From NCBI GenBank assembly GCA_945923475.1, contig CAMELE010000016.1, forward strand, positions 19,170 through 43,169: 24,000 nt of DNA, written 5' to 3'. The notes under the pieces are model-generated. The model ran no database searches. It was given only the letters and a program-made list of their open reading frames with translations, and was not told the DNA's origin. This DNA comes from an uncultured Mollicutes bacterium. GTDB taxonomy: Bacteria; Bacillota_I; Bacilli_A; Acholeplasmatales; Anaeroplasmataceae. Numbering within the stretch: the stretch's first letter is position 1; each line of letters starts with the position of its first letter. Positions 18,087 through 24,000 of the stretch are shown here, one piece after another. Both the position numbers and the translations under genes were made by a program.

Positions 18087-18454
18087 TGAGTTTATTGATT
18101 AAAAGATTAGAGTCTAATGCCTTAAGAGAGCTTTCAATCCTTCTTTCTCGTGATTCAAGAAATCAGTATTTAAAGGAAGCTACAATTACAGAGGTTAGAA
18201 TAACTAATGACTTATCCTATATGACTATTTACTATACATCATATATTAAGAAGGATAAGGGTGCTGTCGCTGACGCTTTAGAGGAATCAAAGTCTTATTT
18301 AAGACGTGAGCTTGCAAAAACCTTAAATGCTCGTAAAATGCCTGAATTAATATTCAAATATGATGAAGCTTTAGAATATGGAAACCATATGAACGAGGTT
18401 TTGTCGAAGCTTAATATTAAGCATGATGAAGATGAAAATAATAGCGAAGAATAA
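18086..18454 (+). CDS. rbfA: ribosome-binding factor A
   Basis: RELSILL...ATITEVRITNDLSYMTIYYT pattern. TAATG stop/start overlap with infB. Confidence 0.9.
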   Translation: MSLLIKRLESNALRELSILLSRDSRNQYLKEATITEVRITNDLSYMTIYYTSYIKKDKGAVADALEESKSYLRRELAKTLNARKMPELIFKYDEALEYGNHMNEVLSKLNIKHDEDENNSEE

Positions 18455-18461
18455 TTAGTAT

Positions 18462-18490
18462 AAAGCTTGGGTCAGGCCCGAGCTTTTTAT
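18462..18490 (+). terminator. rho-independent terminator of the nusA-infB-rbfA operon
   Basis: AAAGCTTGGG-TCAGG-CCCGAGCTTT stem-loop (one G.U pair) followed by a T-run. Confidence 0.7.
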
Positions 18491-18544
18491 GCTATTTTTA
18501 TATTAATTATAGAATATTCAAATACATAATATTTAAATGAAATT

Positions 18545-18577
18545 ATGAGCAAAGATTAATATTTGCTCATTTTTTTA
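18545..18577 (+). terminator. second terminator-like hairpin in the same intergenic region
   Basis: ATGAGCAAA / TTTGCTCAT 9-bp perfect stem, 8-nt loop, then TTTTTTT. Confidence 0.55.
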
Positions 18578-18614
18578 TGGATATAATAATAATATTATTA
18601 TAAGGTGAACACAT

Positions 18615-19172
18615 TTGATAAATATATTATTCGTAATAATATTTCTTATTGCAATTATATATGCGATTATAACTGGTAAAGTATCGGAGCTTACATCAAT
18701 TTTACTTGAACTTCCTTATGAAGCGATAATTATGATACTAAAAATGGGCGCTGTAATGATACTATTTTCTGGTATGCTAGAAATTGCTAAAAGAAGTGGA
18801 TTCTTAGATAAAATTACATGCTTTGTATCTAAAATGTTAAAACCATTATTCCCCCGTCTTGATGATAAAGAAGCACTTGACTATATCTCCCTAAATTTAA
18901 CCTGCAATTTTTTGGGTATCAACGGTGCAGCTACAAGTGCAGGAATAAAAGCAATGGAGAAATTAACAAAGGATAAGATTAAATATAATGAAATAACAAC
19001 CTTTTTGACATTAAATGCCTCAGGATTCTGTCTAATTCCTCAAAGTATTGTAGCTATCCGTCAAACATATATAGAAGGCGCTTATGACATTATTTTACCT
19101 ACCTTTCTAGTAAGCTTATGTTGTTTTATATCAACGATTATATTAAATAAGGTTTTGATTAGATATGATTAG
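18615..19172 (+). CDS. spmA: nucleoside-recognition (Gate) domain membrane protein, SpmA-like
   Basis: Collinear resemblance to B. subtilis SpmA (e.g. NFLGINGAATSAGIKAMEKL versus NFFGLGNAATPLGIKAMEQM). TTG start after an AAGGTGA RBS. Confidence 0.65.
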   Translation: MINILFVIIFLIAIIYAIITGKVSELTSILLELPYEAIIMILKMGAVMILFSGMLEIAKRSGFLDKITCFVSKMLKPLFPRLDDKEALDYISLNLTCNFLGINGAATSAGIKAMEKLTKDKIKYNEITTFLTLNASGFCLIPQSIVAIRQTYIEGAYDIILPTFLVSLCCFISTIILNKVLIRYD

Positions 19173-19653
19173 TGCTTATATTATTCCTGTTTTTTTACTT
19201 TTAATATTTGTATTTGCCGTAGTAAAAAATGTAAAAGCTTACGATGCATTTATTGATGGACTTAAGGATGGAGTAAAAAGCGTATTAAAAATCGCACCTT
19301 CTATGATTACAATGTATATTTGTATAAATACCTTAAGAGCTAGCGGCTTAATTAGTGATTTATTTAAAGGTGCAAAGGAATATGCTGATTTAATTTCACA
19401 AGCTTTATTTAGACCCCTTTCTAATCAAGCATCAATTGGATTTATGGTTAATATTTATAATTCATATAAAGCAAATTCAAAGCTTGCTTATGTGTCAAGT
19501 ATATTACAAGGATCAACAGATTCTTCGATATATATAATTAGCTTTTATTTAGGTTCGTTTAAAGTTACGAATATGAAAAAATGTTATCTTATTGGAATAT
19601 TGGTTAATATTATTGCATTTGTGATATGTCTTACAATCTATTTAATAATTTAA
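19165..19653 (+). CDS. spmB: SpmB-like membrane protein
   Basis: Overlaps spmA by 8 nt. Hydrophobic, with size and pairing as in spmA-spmB loci. Confidence 0.6.
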   Translation: MISAYIIPVFLLLIFVFAVVKNVKAYDAFIDGLKDGVKSVLKIAPSMITMYICINTLRASGLISDLFKGAKEYADLISQALFRPLSNQASIGFMVNIYNSYKANSKLAYVSSILQGSTDSSIYIISFYLGSFKVTNMKKCYLIGILVNIIAFVICLTIYLII

Positions 19654-19662
19654 GCATATTTG

Positions 19663-19691
19663 TTGTTTTAAATTCTAAAAATTGGTATACT
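19663..19691 (+). promoter_or_regulatory. putative promoter of pflA
   Basis: TTGTTT (19663-19668), 17 bp, TATACT (19686-19691), with a TGn extension at 19683-19685. Confidence 0.4.
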
Positions 19692-19708
19692 ACATATGGT
19701 GATGTAAT

Positions 19709-20440
19709 ATGAAAGGTAAAATTCATTCATTTGAATCATTCGGTACAGTTGATGGACCAGGGATAAGATATGTTATTTTCTTTAAAGGTTGTCCTTTAAG
19801 ATGTAAATATTGTCATAATCCTGATACCTGGACTCAAGAAGGTGCAGAGGAATGGGAAGCTATAGATATTTTTAATCAGGCCATGAGATACAAAGGCTAT
19901 TGGGGAGATAAAGGTGGAATTACTATTACTGGTGGTGAGCCACTTCTTCAAATGGACTTTGCGATTGAACTTTTAAAGCTATTTCACGATGCAGGAGTCA
20001 GAACAGCTGTAGATACATCTGGATTTATGTTTAATCCTAATAATCCAGAAAATGTTAAAAAGCATGAAGAATTAATAAAATATGCAGATTTATTTTTGCT
20101 CGATATTAAGCACATTGATAGCAAAGGTCATAAAGAATTAACTGGAGTAGATAACACAAATACTTTAGCATTCGCAAAATGGCTATCAGATCACGATAAG
20201 CATATGTGGATTAGACATGTGCTTGTACCAGGAATTACAACAGAAGAGGAAGAACTACAAAAACTAAAGGAATTCCTAAAGGAAATTAAGACTGTAGATA
20301 AGGTTGAGGTGCTACCATATCATACAATGGGTGTTGTAAAATATAAAAATTTAGGAATTCCATATCCTCTTGAGGGTGTAGAGCCTCCTACAAAGGAACA
20401 GGTTTTACACGCTAAAGAAGTATTGAAAGTGGGTGAATAG
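19709..20440 (+). CDS. pflA: pyruvate formate-lyase activating enzyme (radical SAM)
   Basis: GTVDGPGIRYVIFFKGCPLRCKYCHNPDTW (CX3CX2C cluster motif and the glycyl-radical activase N-terminal signature). 243 aa. Confidence 0.92.
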   Translation: MKGKIHSFESFGTVDGPGIRYVIFFKGCPLRCKYCHNPDTWTQEGAEEWEAIDIFNQAMRYKGYWGDKGGITITGGEPLLQMDFAIELLKLFHDAGVRTAVDTSGFMFNPNNPENVKKHEELIKYADLFLLDIKHIDSKGHKELTGVDNTNTLAFAKWLSDHDKHMWIRHVLVPGITTEEEELQKLKEFLKEIKTVDKVEVLPYHTMGVVKYKNLGIPYPLEGVEPPTKEQVLHAKEVLKVGE

Positions 20441-20441
20441 G

Positions 20442-20753
20442 ATGATAACAAAGGATAATTACAAAGAAGAATTAAAAGGAATTTGTGTTATTGAAATATC
20501 TGGTGAATCATGTGCAAATTGCTTATCACTAATGCCTGTGCTTCAAAATATTGTTAGCAAGCGTGAGGATTGTAGATTGGTTCATATTGAAGCATCAGAG
20601 GATACAACGGAATTAATGGAATTATTTGAGGTTTTAACTGCTCCAACTATTTTAGTTACAAAAGATGGAGAAATTAAGGCTCGCTGTAAGGGATATCAAC
20701 CAGAGGAAATTCTTGAATTATGGCTTGATGCAAAAATAAATGAATTAAAGTAA
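20442..20753 (+). CDS. thioredoxin-fold protein with atypical CANC active-site motif
   Basis: About 100 aa. SGESCANCLSLMPVL (CxxC at the expected helix start) and TAPTILV (cis-Pro position). ATG lies 1 nt after the pflA stop; an alternative GTG at 20433 overlaps pflA. Confidence 0.6.
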   Translation: MITKDNYKEELKGICVIEISGESCANCLSLMPVLQNIVSKREDCRLVHIEASEDTTELMELFEVLTAPTILVTKDGEIKARCKGYQPEEILELWLDAKINELK

Positions 20754-20781
20754 AAAAGAGTAAAATTTATATGCATATTTC

Positions 20782-20810
20782 TTGACAAATATATGTCATT
20801 ATGGAATAAT
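20782..20810 (+). promoter_or_regulatory. strong sigma-A type promoter of pflB
   Basis: TTGACA (20782-20787), 17-bp spacer, AATAAT (20805-20810), with a TGG extension at 20802-20804. Confidence 0.55.
20783..20798. promoter_or_regulatory. operator-like inverted repeat TGACA-N6-TGTCA overlapping the pflB -35 element
   Basis: TGACAAATATATGTCA: perfect 5-bp arms separated by an A/T-only 6-bp spacer. Confidence 0.3.
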
Positions 20811-20896
20811 ATCATTCGGTGGGAGCAATTGCTATTAATTAGCAAAAAAAATCTCACAAATAGTAAATTTTTAAATTAAGAAAGAGGTCAAATACT

Positions 20897-22927
20897 ATGA
20901 ACAAAGCATGGGAAGGTTTCACCCTTGGAAAATGGTCTAATGACGAAATAAATACTCGTGATTTCATCCAAAGAAACTATACTCCATATGAGGGAGACGC
21001 TAGCTTCTTAGCACCTGCAACAGACACTACTAAGAAACTATGGAACGAGGTTCTTGAATTAATGGCTCAAGAACGTGCAAAAGGTGGAGTTCTTGATTGC
21101 GATACTGATATCGTTTCTCAAGTTAATTCACACAATCCTGGTTACATCGATAAGGATCTTGAGAAGATCGTTGGTCTTCAAACAGACAAGCCACTTAAGA
21201 GAGCTTTAATGCCATTTGGTGGAATTAAGATGGCTGAGCAAGCTGCTAGTCAATATGGATACCAAGTAACTGAAAGAATTCATGAAATTTTTACAAAGTA
21301 TCGTAAGACTCATAATGACGGTGTATTCGATTGTTATACTCCTGAAATGAGAGCATGTCGTTCAGCTCATATTTTAACAGGTTTACCTGATACATATGGT
21401 CGTGGACGTATCGTTGGTGATTACCGTCGTGTTGCACTTTATGGTACTACATATTTAATTAAGAAGAAGGAGCAAGATAAGTCACTTATTTGTGGTGAAA
21501 TGACTCCTGATCGAGTAAGAGATCGTGAAGAAATTGCTGAACAAATTAAAGCATTAAAGGCATTAACTGAAATGGCAGCTTCTTATGGTTGCGATATCTC
21601 TCGTCCAGCTGAAAATGCTAAGGAAGCTATTCAATGGTTATACTTTGGATATCTTGGTGCTGTTAAGGACCAAAATGGTGCAGCTATGTCAATCGGACGT
21701 AACTCTACATTCTTAGATATCTATATTGAAAGAGATTTAAAGAAGGGAATCTTAACTGAATCTGAAGCACAAGAATTAATGGATCACTTCATTATGAAGC
21801 TTCGTATGGTTAGATTCGCTCGTATTGAATCATACAATGAATTATTCTCTGGAGACCCAACTTGGGTAACTGAGTCAATTGGTGGTATGGGAACTGATGG
21901 TCGTACATTAGTTACTAAGAACTCATTCCGTGTTCTTCATACTCTTGAAAACCTTGGACCAGCTCCAGAACCAAATCTAACAGTTTTATGGTCTAAGAGA
22001 CTTCCTCTTGGATTCAAGCAATACTGTGCTGATTTATCAATCAAGACTTCATCAATTCAATATGAATCAGATGAATTAATGCGTCCAGAAATGGGCGACG
22101 ATTACTGTATCGCTTGTTGCGTATCTTCAATGAGAGTTGGTAAGGATATGCAATTCTTCGGTGCTCGTGCTAACCTAGCTAAGTGTTTACTATACGCTAT
22201 GAATGGTGGTAAGGATGAGCTTATGAAGGACAAGGTTACTGGTAAGCCAATGCAAGTTGGTCCTGAATATCAACCAATTATAGGTGATGGTCCACTTAAC
22301 TTTGATGAGGTTAAGCATAAATATGAAGTTATGATGGAATGGTTAGCTGACGTTTATGTTAATACATTAAATCTAATTCACTATATGCATGACAAGTATT
22401 CATATGAAGCATTAGAAATGGCTTTACATGATACAAAGGTTGGACGTTTCTTCGCAACAGGTGTTGCTGGACTTTCATGTGCAGTTGACTCATTATCTGC
22501 AATTAAGTATGCTAAGGTAACTCCAATTCGTGATGCAGATGGTCTAATCGTTGATTTCAAGACTGAAGGAGATTTCCCTAAGTATGGTAACAACGATGAT
22601 AGAGTAGATGAAATCGCTGTATGGCTAGTTAAGACATTCATGAATATGATTAAGAAGCACTATACATATCGTGAGTCTATTCCTACAATGTCAATCTTAA
22701 CAATCACTTCTAACGTAGTTTATGGTAAGAAGACTGGTAATACTCCAGATGGACGTAAGGCTGGAGAGCCACTTGCACCAGGTGCAAACCCAATGCATGG
22801 TCGTGATTCTCACGGAGCATTAGCTTCACTAGAATCAGTTGCTAAGCTTCCATATGACTATTCAAGAGATGGTATTTCTAATACATTCTCAATTACACCA
22901 AACTCTCTTGGTAAGGATGAAGACTAA
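20897..22927 (+). CDS. pflB: pyruvate formate-lyase, catalytic large subunit lacking the glycyl-radical domain (676 aa)
   Basis: Collinear with E. coli PflB from WEGFT.G.W...[13 protein letters not shown] through [15 protein letters not shown]. Catalytic Cys pair IACCVS (TGTTGC at 22115-22120). Ends at ...PNSLGKDED, where E. coli continues ...PNALGKDDEVRK. Confidence 0.92.
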   Translation: MNKAWEGFTLGKWSNDEINTRDFIQRNYTPYEGDASFLAPATDTTKKLWNEVLELMAQERAKGGVLDCDTDIVSQVNSHNPGYIDKDLEKIVGLQTDKPLKRALMPFGGIKMAEQAASQYGYQVTERIHEIFTKYRKTHNDGVFDCYTPEMRACRSAHILTGLPDTYGRGRIVGDYRRVALYGTTYLIKKKEQDKSLICGEMTPDRVRDREEIAEQIKALKALTEMAASYGCDISRPAENAKEAIQWLYFGYLGAVKDQNGAAMSIGRNSTFLDIYIERDLKKGILTESEAQELMDHFIMKLRMVRFARIESYNELFSGDPTWVTESIGGMGTDGRTLVTKNSFRVLHTLENLGPAPEPNLTVLWSKRLPLGFKQYCADLSIKTSSIQYESDELMRPEMGDDYCIACCVSSMRVGKDMQFFGARANLAKCLLYAMNGGKDELMKDKVTGKPMQVGPEYQPIIGDGPLNFDEVKHKYEVMMEWLADVYVNTLNLIHYMHDKYSYEALEMALHDTKVGRFFATGVAGLSCAVDSLSAIKYAKVTPIRDADGLIVDFKTEGDFPKYGNNDDRVDEIAVWLVKTFMNMIKKHYTYRESIPTMSILTITSNVVYGKKTGNTPDGRKAGEPLAPGANPMHGRDSHGALASLESVAKLPYDYSRDGISNTFSITPNSLGKDED

Positions 22928-22946
22928 TTATTAGGAGGATAAGAAA

Positions 22947-23180
22947 ATGTCACAAAAGGTAGATAATCTAGTACAAATGTTAGATACTTATGTATCTGAT
23001 GGTGGATACCATTTAAATGTTAACGTATTCAATCGTGAAACATTATTAGATGCTCAAAAGCACCCTGAGAAGTATCCTCAACTTACAATTCGTGTTTCAG
23101 GATACGCTGTAAACTTCATTAAGTTAACAAAAGAACAACAAGATGATGTTATCAGCCGTACAATTCATGAATCAATGTAA
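22947..23180 (+). CDS. autonomous glycyl-radical subunit (77 aa) corresponding to the PflB C-terminus; GrcA/YfiD-like in concept but shorter
   Basis: [15 protein letters not shown]...[31 protein letters not shown] matches the PflB C-terminal glycyl-radical motif (radical Gly = G52, GGA at 23100-23102). Own AGGAGGA RBS (22933-22939) 7 nt before the ATG. Different reading frame from pflB. Confidence 0.85.
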   Translation: MSQKVDNLVQMLDTYVSDGGYHLNVNVFNRETLLDAQKHPEKYPQLTIRVSGYAVNFIKLTKEQQDDVISRTIHESM

Positions 23181-23197
23181 TTAAATTAAATAAATTA

Positions 23198-23225
23198 GGC
23201 ATAGGAGATAATCCTGTGCCTTTTT
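23198..23225 (+). terminator. rho-independent terminator of the pfl operon
   Basis: GGCATAGGA-GATAA-TCCTGTGCC stem-loop (one G.U pair) followed by TTTTT. Confidence 0.7.
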
Positions 23226-23260
23226 AAGTGTGTTTTATTGTCAATTCTGCGGTTAAAAAC

Positions 23261-24000
23261 GAATTTGTAAAAAAGAACTATGAATTTTTTTTAAAGGATA
23301 TATTAATGCACGTAGTTTATATTTTGTTGATAGAAGCGATATAACAAAACAACAAAGTTTGAAAATATGGGATATGTTTTAGATGAGTTTAATGAACATA
23401 AAGTTAGCAAAGGATATCAAATTATTGAAATAGCAACAATAGATAATTCTAATCAACCAATTAGCTTAGTATCAGAATTAAGATCAGCAAATGATAGTGA
23501 ATATAATTCGGATAATGAACTATGGATTAAACATATAAACTATGTAACTAATACATATGGGAAAGTTACTTTTATCATAGATAGAGGATTTGATTGAGCT
23601 ATTTTAATTGGAAAAGTAATAAAAATGGGCTCTGATTTCATAATAAGAGCTAAATGCTTAACAAGAAATGTATATGCAAATGGTGATAAAACTACAATTA
23701 GAAATATAGCATTACATCGTAAAGATTATTATAAGTTTAACTCAAGAGGACAAAATTTAAAGAATGTAGTACAGATAAGAATTAAAACAACAATCATTAA
23801 CACTTATTATAGTAAAAGGGTTTACAATATATAAAAACACTCTAAATGAAGCTTATATGACATTAATTACTAGTAGAGTTGTTAGTGGGGAAAATGATAT
23901 TTTACAGCTTGTTAGAGATTATTTATTAAAATGGAAGATTGAAGAAGACTTTAAATATAAGAAACAACAATTTTTATTAGAAAAGATAATGAAGAATTAA
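23261..24000 (+). pseudogene. 5'-truncated, decayed copy of the IS4-family transposase/IS seen at 800-2276 (continues past the window end)
   Basis: Collinear with nt 1190 onward of the intact copy: 18/24 matches at 23261-23284, unambiguous from 23298. GGA to TGA nonsense at 23598-23600. A deletion of about 20 nt near 23785 shifts the frame, and another deletion lies near 23990. Left IR, promoter and about the first 79 codons are missing. Confidence 0.85.

Noticed and set aside
20818-20896. Small hairpin TTGCTA-TTAAT-TAGCAA in the pflB 5' UTR as a riboswitch or attenuator.
   Set aside because: It has only a 6-bp A/U-rich stem, is followed by an A-run rather than a U-run, and has no alternative pairing. 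This is insufficient to support a regulatory RNA call.
222-22641. Antisense or alternate-frame ORFs of 60-160 aa from the six-frame track: 222-422, 1882-2214, 6129-6608, 7159-7347, 13457-13645, 14068-14460, 14686-14868, 16627-16812, 16647-16883, 17534-17731, 17644-17856, 22381-22641.
   Set aside because: Each lies wholly or mostly inside a longer ORF with clear family motifs (peptidase, transposase, ABC transporter, udk, ydbT, rimP, nusA, infB, pflB). They have low-complexity, Ile/Leu/Ser-rich translations and no RBS. These are typical shadow ORFs in AT-rich DNA.
22925-22949. The pflB interruption as a simple pseudogenising mutation or sequencing error.
   Set aside because: Not dismissed entirely, since resequencing is still advised. 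However, the downstream cistron is in another frame, the spacer has multiple stops in the pflB frame, and it contains a consensus AGGAGGA RBS at ideal spacing from an ATG. Both parts retain all conserved motifs. This fits a functional two-cistron arrangement better than decay.
23598-23600. In-frame TGA in the second transposase copy as evidence for TGA=Trp (genetic code 4).
   Set aside because: The intact copy has GGA (Gly) at this codon. All long genes in the window are free of internal TGA and use TGG for Trp. The copy has further frame-disrupting deletions. It is a nonsense mutation in a pseudogene.
800-24000. The two IS copies bracketing 21 kb as a composite transposon.
   Set aside because: The second copy lacks its left end and is a pseudogene. 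The enclosed genes are core housekeeping (nusA, infB, rimP, udk, xth). The intact copy has its own private 14-bp target duplication, showing it inserted as a single IS.
1-24000. Search for CRISPR arrays, tRNA/rRNA genes, toxin-antitoxin pairs or recognisable defence-system genes.
   Set aside because: Intergenic regions are short (mostly under 190 nt) and are explained by promoters and terminators. There are no spaced direct repeats, no cloverleaf-compatible segments, and no nuclease/ATPase/methylase gene sets beyond the housekeeping xth and the ABC transporter.

Overview
AT-rich (roughly one-third GC by eye), standard-code chromosomal segment from a low-GC Bacillota-type bacterium. The short IF2, frequent TTG starts and ylxR/ylxQ, ydbS/ydbT and spmA/spmB pairs point that way; I cannot place it more precisely. 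Most of the window is ordinary housekeeping. In order: 3' end of an M24 aminopeptidase, a small orphan ORF, and an intact IS4-family (IS10-like YREK) insertion sequence with 14-bp terminal inverted repeats and a 14-bp target duplication. Then pduL, a PF06541-like membrane protein, a fused ABC-ATPase/FtsX (MacB-type) transporter, udk, mtnN, and a long U32-family protein on the minus strand. Then a YihY-like membrane protein, xth, ydbS-ydbT, the complete rimP-nusA-ylxR-ylxQ-infB-rbfA operon, spmA-spmB, and a pyruvate formate-lyase cluster. The window ends in a 5'-truncated, decayed second copy of the same IS. I saw no rRNA, tRNA, CRISPR array or recognisable defence island. The most unusual feature is the PFL cluster, ordered pflA, thioredoxin-like gene, pflB. 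pflB is split into a 676-aa catalytic subunit and a separately translated 77-aa glycyl-radical subunit with its own strong RBS. All functional calls rest on motif recognition in the supplied translations, not on database searches. Promoter and terminator calls are by-eye predictions.
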